From an uncultured Spirochaetota bacterium (GTDB taxonomy: Bacteria; Spirochaetota; Spirochaetia; SZUA-6; Fen-1364), in the NCBI GenBank assembly GCA_963745235.1, contig CAVUXE010000052.1, positions 256,001 to 320,000 on the forward strand: a DNA stretch of 64,000 nt, in the 5' to 3' direction. Shown here one piece after another: positions 30,154 to 40,378 of this stretch; within the stretch, counting starts at the first letter, position 1; each line of letters begins with the position of its first letter. The notes beneath the pieces were generated by a model. The model was not told where the DNA came from, ran no database searches, and was given only the letters and a program-made list of their open reading frames with translations. The position numbers were made by a program, and so were the translations under genes.

Positions 30154-31769
30154 TTCCGGCTGCTCCTTTTTACAATCAGAACATCGTATGGTCCAAGATC
30201 GGAACCGTGGGTGTCGACGCCCGAGGCGTCTGGTCCCCGCGAGCGCAGCAATACGGTGCTCTCTTCATCTCCTGCAAGCTCCAGCTTTACCCGCTTGCCG
30301 GTAAAGTTCAAGGCGACGAGCACCTTTTCTGATGCGTCCAGCCTGAAGTACACAAGGGCGTTTGGAAGGTATTCCTCCACGAACCTGATCTCACCGGACT
30401 GGAGCGCGGGGCGCTTCTTCCTGAGCCAGATGAGCTCCCTGTAAAGGCTCAAGAGCGAGCCTGCGGATCCGGACTGGGTCCCCACATTGGCTTGCTTGAA
30501 GTCGCTGGCCACGGGAAGCCACGGCTTCCCGCCCGAGAAGCCGCCATTGGCGGAGCCGTCCCACTGCATGGGTGTCCGCGCCAGGTCCCGCCTGAATCTT
30601 CGAAACGGCCAGGTCTTCCTGCTGAGCGGGTCAACGAGGTCTTTTCTTCTCAGCCGGCCTCCGGTCATCCCGATCTCCTCTCCGTAGTACAGGAATGGCG
30701 TGCCGCGGAGGGTCATGAGCAGCGCCGCAGCAACCCGTGCACGCGCATCGGTCCATTTTCCCCTGCTGTACCTGAGACAGTGGCGCAGGTTGTCGTGGTT
30801 GCTGAGGGTGAATGCAGGCCAGGCGCCGGCGGGCAGTCGGCCATACCAGTTCGCCAGGGACCTGTGCATCCGGGTGGCGCTCCACGGCTGGAACAGAAAG
30901 TCGAAATAGAACACCAGGTGAAGAGCATCGTTGCCGCTGCCGTAGTACGCGGAGGAGATGGCGGGATCATCCGCGTAGACCTCGCCCACCATCATCCTTT
31001 CGCCATACGAGTCAGTGAGTGCCCGCAGCTCTTTGCACAGGTCAACGGTCTCCGGCCTGTTGCGGTCATAGACATGCTTGTGGAGGTCGATGCTTCCCAG
31101 GGAGAGCGGGTTGCTGCGCAGCCGGTCATCCTTGATGAACCAGTTGATGACGTCGAGCCGTAAGCCATCCACGCCCATGTCGAGCCAGTACCTGATCACG
31201 TCCAGCATCTCCCGCTTGAGCCCGGGGTTCCTCCAGTTCACTTCGGGCTGGTGCCGCGTGAAGGTTCCGAGATAGAACTCGCCGCGGGCCTCGTCATACC
31301 ACCATGCGTTTCGCAGCTCGAACTGCGAAAACCAGTTATTGGGCGGCCTCCCGTTCTTACCGGGGTGCCAGAGGTACCAGTCCGCCTTCGGGCCGTCCCT
31401 GCCGCGCCTGGATTCCTGGAACCAGGGATGCTCGTCGGAGGTGTGATTCAGGACAAGGTCTATGATGACATGGATTTTCCGCCCGTGAGCCTCAGAGAGA
31501 AGCTGCCTGAAATCCTGGAGCGTGCCGAACATCGGATCGATGTCCCGGTAATCGGAAACGTCGTATCCGAAGTCCCTCATGGGGGACCGGAAGAAAGGAG
31601 AAATCCACACCCCGTCCACGCCCAGGGACCTCTCGGTCCCGTCATTCAGGTAGTCAAGCTTTTCCCTGAGGCCTCTGAGGTCCCCGATCCCATCACCGTT
31701 GGAGTCCTTGAAGCTTCGAGGATATATCTGATAGAGGACGCCGGATTTCCACCATGGGTCGTGAGTCAC
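30150..31769 (-). CDS. GH13 alpha-glucosidase / oligo-1,6-glucosidase
   Basis: WWK..VLYQIYPRSF.DSNGDGIGDL, DLVLNHTS, DGLRLD, VGE, NHD. Confidence 0.93.
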   Translation of the reverse strand: MTHDPWWKSGVLYQIYPRSFKDSNGDGIGDLRGLREKLDYLNDGTERSLGVDGVWISPFFRSPMRDFGYDVSDYRDIDPMFGTLQDFRQLLSEAHGRKIHVIIDLVLNHTSDEHPWFQESRRGRDGPKADWYLWHPGKNGRPPNNWFSQFELRNAWWYDEARGEFYLGTFTRHQPEVNWRNPGLKREMLDVIRYWLDMGVDGLRLDVINWFIKDDRLRSNPLSLGSIDLHKHVYDRNRPETVDLCKELRALTDSYGERMMVGEVYADDPAISSAYYGSGNDALHLVFYFDFLFQPWSATRMHRSLANWYGRLPAGAWPAFTLSNHDNLRHCLRYSRGKWTDARARVAAALLMTLRGTPFLYYGEEIGMTGGRLRRKDLVDPLSRKTWPFRRFRRDLARTPMQWDGSANGGFSGGKPWLPVASDFKQANVGTQSGSAGSLLSLYRELIWLRKKRPALQSGEIRFVEEYLPNALVYFRLDASEKVLVALNFTGKRVKLELAGDEESTVLLRSRGPDASGVDTHGSDLGPYDVLIVKRSSRK

Positions 31770-31780
31770 AACGGACGGCC

Positions 31781-32020
31781 TCAGCGCGCCGGCACGATGT
31801 CGATGTGGCGGACCGCTTCCAGGTTGGGGCTCATCTCCCAGCGCCCTCGGGCGTTTCGACGGAATGGCACCACCATTGCAGCCGCGCCTCCGAAGACGGA
31901 GACTCGCAGCAGGTACGTCCCGCCGCCGCCGCGCGCCACCTCCATGTGGAGGCTCCCCGGGTCCGCTTCCGCGAACACCTGAAACGACATGACAGCCGTC
32001 TCTCTCTTCGAAGCGGACAC
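31781..32020 (-). CDS. Small hypothetical protein (79 aa)
   Basis: AGGAGG RBS before GTG32020; lies directly upstream of the GH13 gene. Confidence 0.55.
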   Translation of the reverse strand: MSASKRETAVMSFQVFAEADPGSLHMEVARGGGGTYLLRVSVFGGAAAMVVPFRRNARGRWEMSPNLEAVRHIDIVPAR

Positions 32021-32074
32021 CTGCAATTCCTCCTTTTCCGGGCATACTACCGCTAAGCCTTCCGGCAAGTAAAG

Positions 32075-33241
32075 TCAGTGCCGCGCGGGGCGCGTGAGGA
32101 TCCGTGCGCCGAAAACGACAAGAACGATGACCCCGACCAGGGGCACAATCGAAGAGAGGAGAAAGAGAGAGCTGTAGCCGTGGGCCTCCAGGACATAGCC
32201 CCCCAGAACGGCAGCAAGAAACGTGGGAAGCCCGCCGCCCACCGAGTTGTAGATCGCCATGCCCATTCCCCTGCGGGCAGGGGCGACCCTGCCGTTCACG
32301 TACGCCACGGCCGCCGTGTGAAACGTCCCGAAGGTGAAGGCATGGAGCAGCTGGGCAAAGCCCACAACGAGAACAGATGGCGCCAGGACGAACAGGGCAA
32401 GTCGCAGGCTGACGGCGGCCAGGGACGCAATCAGCAGAACCCGTATTCCAAACCGTCCAATCAGTGCGCCGGAAAAAATAACCAGTGGTATCTCGGCCAT
32501 GGATCCGATTGCCCACAACACGCTCACGCTGGAAAGACCAAAGGTGTCGCGCAGGTAAAGGGAGAAGAACGAGTAGTAGGCCCCCAGTCCGAACCTGCCC
32601 AGGAAGACCACCCCGATCACCGCCCAGAACTTTGCATCCAGGCCATCACCATCGTCGGAGTCCGCTCGGACCTCCTGTGCAGATCCGGCAGGCGCGGCGG
32701 GAATGAGCCAGATCGCCGAAGCCGCGAGTCCAGCGGCCACGCCGAAGGCGGCAAGGATGGAAAGGGATGAGTCGCCGGAGATGACCCCGCTCACCTGGAG
32801 AAAGAGGGAGACTCCGACAAAGCTGATGCTGCCCGCAACGCGAAGCCCCCCGTACTGGCGGGCCGGGTCATGGAGGATCCTGCCCACAAGGGAATCCAGG
32901 AGAGGGACAGTGGCCCTGTAGGAGAACCCCATGATGGCGATGCACACCAGGTACAGCGGCAGCGCGCTCGCGAGCTGGAGGGAAACGAAAGCGACAACCG
33001 GCAGCAGCAGGGATGCGAAGTACACGGAGCGGTATGCGGTTTTCCTGTCTGCCAGGTGGCTGAGGATGATGGGGCCGCCGATCCCGGTCAGCTCCATCAT
33101 GCCGAGGAGGAGCCCGATGCGCGAGGGCGGCAGCCCGCGCGCCTTGAGATACAGCTGCAGGTAGGGCGTGAGGATGGCGTAGCTTGCAAAGAGAAGCACA
33201 TAGTTTGCCCAGGAGGAGGCCCGTACGCTCAGCGTGCGCAT
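32075..33241 (-). CDS. MFS transporter (MFS_1_like)
   Basis: PYL.LYL..RG, YG.LR..GS, QLLHA.TFG. Confidence 0.88.
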   Translation of the reverse strand: MRTLSVRASSWANYVLLFASYAILTPYLQLYLKARGLPPSRIGLLLGMMELTGIGGPIILSHLADRKTAYRSVYFASLLLPVVAFVSLQLASALPLYLVCIAIMGFSYRATVPLLDSLVGRILHDPARQYGGLRVAGSISFVGVSLFLQVSGVISGDSSLSILAAFGVAAGLAASAIWLIPAAPAGSAQEVRADSDDGDGLDAKFWAVIGVVFLGRFGLGAYYSFFSLYLRDTFGLSSVSVLWAIGSMAEIPLVIFSGALIGRFGIRVLLIASLAAVSLRLALFVLAPSVLVVGFAQLLHAFTFGTFHTAAVAYVNGRVAPARRGMGMAIYNSVGGGLPTFLAAVLGGYVLEAHGYSSLFLLSSIVPLVGVIVLVVFGARILTRPARH

Positions 33242-33442
33242 TGAAGGCACACTGTAGCAGAAACCTTCAGCGCGGGTCGAGTTGCGCGGCATCAGGGCGC
33301 CGATGAGCCGCGCCTCCTCTCCGGGCTGCGAGCTTTCCGGTAGCGAAAGCCGCCGGCCGCCTCCAGCTTCTCCCGCACGCACAGCCCGATGACCGCCTCA
33401 TCCCCGAGGGCGCTGCACTCTGCGATGACGTCCCCGAGGGGA

Positions 33443-35212
33443 TCACCGTTTTTCAGCTGGTCGTCGTCCGAAGTACGCCAGGTCCTCCCGTTCCGCGCTC
33501 ACCATCTCGTCGAACATGGATGCAATCTCTTCGGGATGACATACGGCTGCTGTCAGGGGATCCAGGAGCAGCGCGTGGCGCGCTGCAGCCAGGTCCCGGT
33601 TGAGCACCGCTTCCACCATGAGGCCGTGCACAGCCATGTGCGCGCCATCCAAGGCTGCGAGCTGCCCGGGGAGAGGGCCGAAGTGAACGGGGCTCAGCCC
33701 CGAGCTGTCGGCAAGCACGGGAACCTCGACGCAGCCGTCGAATGGAAGGTTCTCGATCAGGCCGGTATTCAGCACGTTGCCGTGGATCACGGCCGGGCGG
33801 CCGCATTCTATCGACTCGACGATCGTGGAGGCATACTCCTCGCTGCGCTGGAGAGCCAGGGGAGACCGGCCGTCGAGGATCTCCCGGATCGAATTGTCCC
33901 CACCCGCCCGCCAGGCGGGCCAGTTGTTCGCGTAAAAGCCGCTCTCCCCGCGATATCCCCCCCGCATATACCGCCGAATGAGCTCAGGCCGTTTTCGGAA
34001 GTAAGGAAGGTACTCCGACATGTGGCCGCTGGACTCGGTGCAGAACGCGCCGAAATGCTTCATCATCTCAAAGCGCACCGGGTCCGCGTCGTAGACGTCG
34101 GGATCCGCGGCGCGCTCCTGAAGACGCGGGTACATGTCACGGCCGTGGTGCGTGAGCTCCGTGAACCAGGCGAGGTGGTTGATGCCGGCGCACCGCCATG
34201 TGAGCTCCGAGGCGGGCAGATCGAGGTAGTCGGCTAGCTGCTGCGATGTGCCCTGCACCGAATGACACAGCCCGACCACGCGCAGTCGCGTGGCACGCAG
34301 GGCAAGCAGGGTGAGCGCGGACATCGGATTGGTGTAGTTCATCACGACCGCCCGCGGGCACAGCTCCTCGATGTCACGGAGGATCGAAAGCCATGCCGGG
34401 CCGGTGCGCAGCATTTTGAAGACGCCTCCGGGGCCTATGGTGTCTCCAATGCACTGGTCAACGCCGTACTTCAACGGAATGTCGTAGTCGTGCCGGACGT
34501 TCCGAAGACCCGCCACCTCGATGGAGTTGATGACGTAGTCGCAACCGGGGAGCACCCTGCGACGGTCCCGCGTCGCCTCCACCCGCCATTCCCTGCCGGC
34601 GGCCTTCACCATCGCATCCCCGACGCGCTTTGCCAGCGCAAGGCGTTGCGCATCCACGTCGACCAGGAAAAAGGTGCCCGACATGAGCCCCGGCGTCGTA
34701 AGAATGTCGGCGATGAGCTGACGGGCGAACACGGCGCTTCCGGCGCCGATGATCGCGACCTTCAAAGGACGGGAGACAACCTCGTCCCTGGCAGTCCTCT
34801 CCTCGGCAGTTGCCGAGGGGAAGGGATCCGGCTGGGACGGTTTCTCACGCACGCCATCCGACAGGGAGATAACCAGCTGTCCCATTTCACCGGTATTGAT
34901 CCGAATCTTCAGGGCGTGGGACCCGGGCGCAAGGTGCGTACCGCGCAGGCGCATGGTAACGGCGACTCCGGATGTGAGCACCAGGGGCGTCGCAGCGGTT
35001 ACGCTGTCTCCACTCCTGATCCCGCCGTCGGCAAGCATGACCGAGAGGACATCCGTGGAAAAGCTCCTTCCATCAACGTCCACGGAGAGCAGCCCGGTGA
35101 GCGTCCCCGAGCCAACGAAGTTTCGAAGCTGAAGCTCGCACCCATCCGTCGCGTTGACAAGGCTGCCCTTCACGTACAGGCGCTTGAGCACGAAGTTGGG
35201 GATGGCTGGCAT
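33443..35212 (-). CDS. melA: GH4 alpha-galactosidase with extra ~125-aa N-terminal beta domain
   Basis: IIGAGS.VF, DT.GPGG, NYTNPM, GLCHSV, GINH.AW, TESSGH.SEY. Confidence 0.85.
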   Translation of the reverse strand: MPAIPNFVLKRLYVKGSLVNATDGCELQLRNFVGSGTLTGLLSVDVDGRSFSTDVLSVMLADGGIRSGDSVTAATPLVLTSGVAVTMRLRGTHLAPGSHALKIRINTGEMGQLVISLSDGVREKPSQPDPFPSATAEERTARDEVVSRPLKVAIIGAGSAVFARQLIADILTTPGLMSGTFFLVDVDAQRLALAKRVGDAMVKAAGREWRVEATRDRRRVLPGCDYVINSIEVAGLRNVRHDYDIPLKYGVDQCIGDTIGPGGVFKMLRTGPAWLSILRDIEELCPRAVVMNYTNPMSALTLLALRATRLRVVGLCHSVQGTSQQLADYLDLPASELTWRCAGINHLAWFTELTHHGRDMYPRLQERAADPDVYDADPVRFEMMKHFGAFCTESSGHMSEYLPYFRKRPELIRRYMRGGYRGESGFYANNWPAWRAGGDNSIREILDGRSPLALQRSEEYASTIVESIECGRPAVIHGNVLNTGLIENLPFDGCVEVPVLADSSGLSPVHFGPLPGQLAALDGAHMAVHGLMVEAVLNRDLAAARHALLLDPLTAAVCHPEEIASMFDEMVSAEREDLAYFGRRPAEKR

Positions 35213-35269
35213 GGGGTCTCCTCCCGGCGATAGTACGACCGTGGACAACATCTTCGCAAGGAGTAGAAT

Positions 35270-36490
35270 ATGCGGGTGGGCGACTCAGATCTCCCGTATC
35301 CCGCCAGACAGGACCGCCTGGGGTTCTGGCTGTACTACCTTCTGTTCGGCGCCGTGGTCGTCCGCGCTTTTGTCTATTCCCTCGGGCAGGGGAGATTTGC
35401 TCCCCTCCCCTACGCGCTCATGGGGTGCTTCCTGCTGCTCAGCCTCGTCGAGCCCTGGCTGAGCAGGAGATCCCGCATCCTGGTCGAGGTCTGGCTTGGC
35501 TCGCAGGCGGTGGTGATTTTTGCGATGCTCCTGACCCGGCCCGAGCACGACTACTACGCCATGCTGTACATGGCGCTCAGCCTCCCTGTCGAGCGCTCAA
35601 TGCCCGCCCGCCGCGGCCTCATCTGGCTCGGGGTCTTCTGCCTCATGCTCGTCGGCGGGCAGCTCCTGGCTTTCGGTCTGCCGGATGGGCTGATGTATGC
35701 GCCGTCTTTCATTGCCGGGGTGATTCTCATCGGGCTCTACGGTTGGGCCATCCAAAGGGCCGAAGCCTCCCGGACACGCAGCGACGAGCTTGCCGCCGAG
35801 CTGCGGGAAGCCAACCGGTACCTGCGCGTGTACGCCGACCAGGCCGAGCAGTCGGCCACGGCCCAGGAGCGCGCGCGCCTTGCGCGTGAGCTGCATGACG
35901 CGGTCACGCAGACGGTGTTCAGCATGAACCTCACTGCCCAGGCCGCCCGGATCTCCCTTGATCGTGATCCGCGCAAGACGCGGGGCCTGCTGGAACGTCT
36001 CCAGGAACTGGCGCGGGACGCGCTCACCGAGACACGGTCCCTCGTGGACGAGCTGCGGCCGAGGACCATCGCCGAAATGGGGCTCATCAGCGCCCTGGAG
36101 CAGCACTTCGCGCTGCGGGAAAAGCGGGACGGGCTGCATGTTTCTTTCACTGTGGAGGGTCAGGAGACGGGCAGGGCCCCGCTCCTGGACGCGCTGTTCA
36201 GAACGACCCAGGAAGCGCTGAACAACGTCGCACGTCATGCGGGGACGGATTCCGCGGCCGTCAAACTCGCATTCTCCGGGGACTGCGCGGTGCTGAGCGT
36301 CCGAGACCAGGGGAAAGGCTTCGACCAGGAAGGGCCGCGGCGCGCTGAGAGCTACGGCCTGCTCACGATGCGCGAGCGCGTCGAGTCCCTAGGAGGCAGC
36401 TTTCGCCTGAGCTCGGTGCCCGGAGCGGGCACGGAGATCGAGGTGCGCGTGCCGATCGACGAAGAGCCGGGAGGGGAGCCAAAAGGATGA
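35270..36490 (+). CDS. Sensor histidine kinase (HisKA_3, NarX/DesK-like)
   Basis: TM N-terminus; ERARLARELHDAVTQ, QEALNNV.RHA, D.GKGF, GL..MRER. Confidence 0.93.
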   Translation: MRVGDSDLPYPARQDRLGFWLYYLLFGAVVVRAFVYSLGQGRFAPLPYALMGCFLLLSLVEPWLSRRSRILVEVWLGSQAVVIFAMLLTRPEHDYYAMLYMALSLPVERSMPARRGLIWLGVFCLMLVGGQLLAFGLPDGLMYAPSFIAGVILIGLYGWAIQRAEASRTRSDELAAELREANRYLRVYADQAEQSATAQERARLARELHDAVTQTVFSMNLTAQAARISLDRDPRKTRGLLERLQELARDALTETRSLVDELRPRTIAEMGLISALEQHFALREKRDGLHVSFTVEGQETGRAPLLDALFRTTQEALNNVARHAGTDSAAVKLAFSGDCAVLSVRDQGKGFDQEGPRRAESYGLLTMRERVESLGGSFRLSSVPGAGTEIEVRVPIDEEPGGEPKG

Positions 36491-37149
36491 AAAGCAGCAA
36501 GCCGGAAGGGATCAAGGTCCTTATCGTTGACGACCACGCGGTCGTCCGGGAGGGCCTGCGGTCATTCCTGGGGTTGCAGGAAGGCATCGCGGTAGTCGGA
36601 GAGGCGTCGAACGGAGCCGAGGCCCTGGCGATGGTGGATCGCACACGCCCCCACGTGGTCCTGATGGACATGGTGATGCCGGAGATGGACGGCGTGCAGG
36701 CCATTGGCCGGCTCCATGAGACGCACCCGGAGGTGAAGTGCATCGCTTTAACGAGCTTCGCCGGGGATGACACGGTGTTCCCCGCCATCCGGGCGGGCGC
36801 CGTGGCATACCTTCTGAAAGACGTGGGCCCCGGCGAGCTGGAGGATGCCGTGCGAGCCGTGGCGCGCGGCGAAGTGCGGCTGCATCCCGACGTGATGCGA
36901 AAGCTGGCTTCCGGGATCCCGGACCCCGGGGAAGAGAAAACTGACAAGGGTCTCACCAGGCGGGAAAAAGAAATCCTGGCGTGCCTTGGACGCGGACTTT
37001 CCAACAAGGAGATCGCCTCCGAGCTTTTCATCAGCGAAAAAACGGTGAAGACGCACGTGAGCGGCGTGCTGGCGAAGCTCGGTCTTTCGGACCGGACCCA
37101 GGCTGCGCTGTATTCGGTCAAGCACGCGGCAGACGGCCCCCGGGGGTAG
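36487..37149 (+). CDS. NarL/LuxR response regulator
   Basis: VDDH..VREG, LMD, YLLKD, LT.RE.EIL...G.SNKEIA. Confidence 0.95.
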   Translation: MKSSKPEGIKVLIVDDHAVVREGLRSFLGLQEGIAVVGEASNGAEALAMVDRTRPHVVLMDMVMPEMDGVQAIGRLHETHPEVKCIALTSFAGDDTVFPAIRAGAVAYLLKDVGPGELEDAVRAVARGEVRLHPDVMRKLASGIPDPGEEKTDKGLTRREKEILACLGRGLSNKEIASELFISEKTVKTHVSGVLAKLGLSDRTQAALYSVKHAADGPRG

Positions 37150-37291
37150 CCGCGGGACATTTTCCTCGCGGCGTTCTCCTCCATCGCAAGACCGAGAAAT
37201 CCCTGCGACCAGCGGATGAGCCAAAACAGGTCCCGCGCGGGATGCGAACGGGCGCGCGACGAGCTTATCATCATCACTGAACGGAGGACAG

Positions 37292-38473
37292 GTGATTCCA
37301 CAGGCTTCCCGCGCGGCCACAGGCTCACGGCTCTATTTCATCGACAACGTGCGCTGGCTGGTCATTGTGATGGTCGTCTTCATGCACGTTTGCGTCACGT
37401 ACAGCGGCATCGGTTCCTGGTACTACAAGGAAGCCGGCGCCCTGGGCATCGGCGCCGGGCTCGTATTCATGCTCTACGAGAGCTTCTCCCAGGCCTTCTT
37501 CATGGGGCTTCTCTTTCTGATCGGGGGGATCTTCGTTCCCGCGGCCTATGAGCGCAAAGGGTGCGCGCGCTTCATCCGCGACCGCCTCGTACGGCTGGGA
37601 GTCCCCACGGCAGTCTTCATGCTCGTCCTGGACCCGGGAATCAACCTCATGATGTCGTTGCTGAAGGGCGGCAGCATCAGCCTCTCTGCTGCGCTCTCCC
37701 GCTACGCACATTTCATCACATCGTTCCAGTTCGTCTCTGCAAGCGGACCCTTGTGGTTCGCCCTGGCCCTGCTTGTTTTCTCGATTGCCTATGCGCTCTC
37801 ACGGAAGGCTTTTGAGACGATTCGCGGTGCGCGGCCCCCACGCGCCCGCCGCGGTTCGCCCGTTACCGACGCTCGAGTCTCCGCGGTCGTTGCGGTTATC
37901 GCCCTCGGCTCTTTCCTTGTGCGGATGGTGCAGCCGTTCGGGTCGAGCTGGTTCAACATGCAGCTGGGAAACTTTATGCAGTACATCGTCCTGTTTCTCG
38001 TCGGCCTGTGGGCCGCGAGGACCGACCTGCTGCGCACTCTCCCCTACCAGTTCGGGATGAGCTGGTTCCGCATGGCCCTTGCGGCCGGCGTGCCCGCCTG
38101 GTTCATCATCGGTGGCCTGGGCGGGGCGATGGGAGGCAACCCCGGGTTCCTCCTGGGCGGATTGCACTGGCAGGCTGCCGCCTATGCCCTGTGGGAATCT
38201 TTCTTCTGCGTCGGGATCTGCCTGGGCCTGATAGTGCTGTATCGGCAGAGGGCGGATGGCCGGGCCCTGGTGAGCGGCTTTCTTTCCGACAATGCTTTCG
38301 CCGTCTACGTCTTTCACGCGCCGGTGCTCGTGGCCCTCTCCCTGGCGCTGAGGGGCCTCCTGATGGCGCCCCTCGCGAAAGCCGCGATGGTGGGAGTCCT
38401 GGCCGTGACAGGCAGCTACCTGGCCGCGTGGCTCATCCGGCGGGTCCCCGGCCTGCGAAGGATCTTCTCCTAG
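37292..38473 (+). CDS. Acyltransferase-3 (OpgC/MdoC-like) membrane protein
   Basis: YFIDN.R, FFMGL.F, R..RLG.P, GPLWF, Y.FH.PV. Confidence 0.85.
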   Translation: MIPQASRAATGSRLYFIDNVRWLVIVMVVFMHVCVTYSGIGSWYYKEAGALGIGAGLVFMLYESFSQAFFMGLLFLIGGIFVPAAYERKGCARFIRDRLVRLGVPTAVFMLVLDPGINLMMSLLKGGSISLSAALSRYAHFITSFQFVSASGPLWFALALLVFSIAYALSRKAFETIRGARPPRARRGSPVTDARVSAVVAVIALGSFLVRMVQPFGSSWFNMQLGNFMQYIVLFLVGLWAARTDLLRTLPYQFGMSWFRMALAAGVPAWFIIGGLGGAMGGNPGFLLGGLHWQAAAYALWESFFCVGICLGLIVLYRQRADGRALVSGFLSDNAFAVYVFHAPVLVALSLALRGLLMAPLAKAAMVGVLAVTGSYLAAWLIRRVPGLRRIFS

Positions 38474-38517
38474 TAATGTTACAGAAATAGCTTGACAATC
38501 GCCGCGGGCGCCAGCGG

Positions 38518-39856
38518 CTACTGGGCAGCCGCCAGCAGCCATCCCACAGCAGCGTTGTAGTCCGGCGTCTTGCCATCCCACTGCGGCACGTTGACATCAG
38601 GGCCAAGGCCCAGCTCGTGCTCATCCGCCCACTCGCGCAGCCAGTCCAGCGTGTCGTCAACCAGCTCGCGCGGCGGCTCGGGCGCGAGCAGCTTGCCGGC
38701 AGGCGAGTGGAAGGCAAAAACGCCCTCGGCTTCGCAGGTTACGGTCCACCCGCCTTCGTGAACCAGGTGATGATGGAGGCTGCACAGCAGGACAACATTG
38801 ACCAGGCTGGTTTCCCCGCCGTGCAGCCAGTGCCGGATGTGGTGCCCGTGAAGGAAGGCGGTGTGAGTGCACCCCGGAAAGGCGCAGCCGCGGTCACGCA
38901 GCATCAGGGCGCGACGGATGGCGGGCGGAATACTGCGGGCGCGGCGACCGATGTTCAGTGCCTCCCCATCTCCACCTGTGGCCACCAGGCCGCAATCGCA
39001 GGCCACCCGGCGCAACGTTTCCGCGGAAACGCGGGTTCCGTCCTCCAAGGTGGCCGCCCAAGCACTGTCTGGCCCAAGCACCTCCTGATCCAGGTGAACC
39101 ATGACCTGGAAGCGCTCCCCGCCGGTTCCCGTCACGGGATTGCCGGCCAGGAACGACTCGGCGAGCTTCACCGCGCCATCAGCCCGCGAGGGCCAGCACG
39201 TTTCCGCGGAAATGCCGGCGGCTTCAACTGCCTCCGCCTCCCCCCGCGCCGCAGGTACAGGAGGCACGGCAGGTACGGCAGGCGCTCCGGGAGCCTCTGT
39301 CTCCAGCGGCTCTGCCCGGCGGGCGTGCACCTCCCGGGCGCGCTCGATGGCGCGCAGGATCAAATCCGCCTCGTCGGGCTCAAGCACTAACTCCAGCTTG
39401 ACCATCCCCCCCGCCAGCAGCCGCTGGCGTACCGAACGCTCCTCCGGCGCCGGCGTCCTTTTCAGAGTCCAGCACCCCTCGATAGCCTCGGCAAAGCCGC
39501 TCAAGCTGCGCCCCGGTTGCGATAAGCGCCATCTCCAGCAGCTTCGCTTCGTTCTCGGGGGTCGCCACCCGAGTGAGCGCGCGGACCTTGGCGTAGGATA
39601 GCCTGGCGGTGCGCAACGATTCGCTGATGGCGGGCAGCCTACCCAGCGCGCGTGCCACCCGTACCTTCTCGCGGGCGGTGGCCAGGTCCCATCCGAGGCG
39701 CCACGCCAGCCAGTGCGCGCAGGACACCGCGCCCTGCTCGTGCCAGCCGCAGGCCTCATCGAAGCGTCGGATGCATTCCAGCAGACGGTGGGCGGCTGCA
39801 TCCAGGTGGGCGGACAAGCTGGCGATCTCTTGACCGAGTTCCTCGAGGTTCTCCAT
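38518..39856 (-). mobile_element. DUF222 + HNH endonuclease gene (13E12-repeat type), frameshift at ~39458
   Basis: SCAHWLAW, LSYAKVRALTR; RRALMLRDRGCAFPGC, HH..HW.HGG.T...N..LLC..HH..VH. Confidence 0.8.
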
Positions 39857-39863
39857 GGCAGGT

Positions 39864-39892
39864 ACTATACATCTGTGTAGTTATCACTGCAA
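39864..39892 (-). promoter_or_regulatory. Leaderless sigma70 promoter of DUF222-HNH with overlapping palindrome
   Basis: TTGCAG-N17-TATAGT, 7 nt before ATG; CTACACAGATGTATAG near-palindrome. Confidence 0.65.
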
Positions 39893-40021
39893 GTGTTTTT
39901 TCGCCCCTCGGATGCTTGCCGTTTTCCGCCGATAGCTGCATCCAAGTGCTCTCCAAGCTCGCGCGTTGTAAAGAAGCGTTACGTACACCACATTGGCCGG
40001 GACCAGAGGCGCTCTGGATTC

Positions 40022-40378
40022 TTACGCCGTTGCTGATGCCTCGCCCTTTTCTCCGCGCGGTCCCTGTTCACCCCGCGGCCCCGGCTCTCCTCGCGCTCCC
40101 TGCGGTCCCTGCGGACCAACCGGGCCCTGCGGCCCGGCAGGCCCCTGCTCACCTTTCGGGCCCCGTTCTCCCTGCGCCCCGGCCGGACCTTTCTCCCCCT
40201 TCTCCCCCCGCGGCAGACCAAGGGTGAGCATTCCCGTTGCCTCGTCCAGGGTCGCGTACGGCGCCTCCGAAGGGCCAAGGACCGTCACGGTCACGCCGCT
40301 CAGCGTCACGCCGCGAGCTTTCTTGACCTTGCCCTTTTTCTTGGTCGGGCTGTCCGCCTTGTTCTTGTTCTTCGCCAT
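40022..40378 (-). CDS. Small collagen-like protein (19 Gly-X-Y triplets, Lys-rich N-terminus)
   Basis: GGAGG RBS; uninterrupted GXY x19. Confidence 0.85.
   Translation of the reverse strand: MAKNKNKADSPTKKKGKVKKARGVTLSGVTVTVLGPSEAPYATLDEATGMLTLGLPRGEKGEKGPAGAQGERGPKGEQGPAGPQGPVGPQGPQGARGEPGPRGEQGPRGEKGEASATA

Noticed and set aside
31770-32516. N-terminal extension of the GH13 ORF (788 aa)
   Set aside because: It overlaps two real genes in other frames; homology starts at ~31769.
33260-33440. GC-rich hairpins between melA and the MFS gene as ncRNA
   Set aside because: No SRP, tRNA or riboswitch consensus and no promoter or terminator; such folding is expected at this GC content.
40030-40210. 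Repeat array or prophage at the collagen gene
   Set aside because: The repeats are GXY codons, not CRISPR; there are no spacers, cas genes or phage genes nearby.
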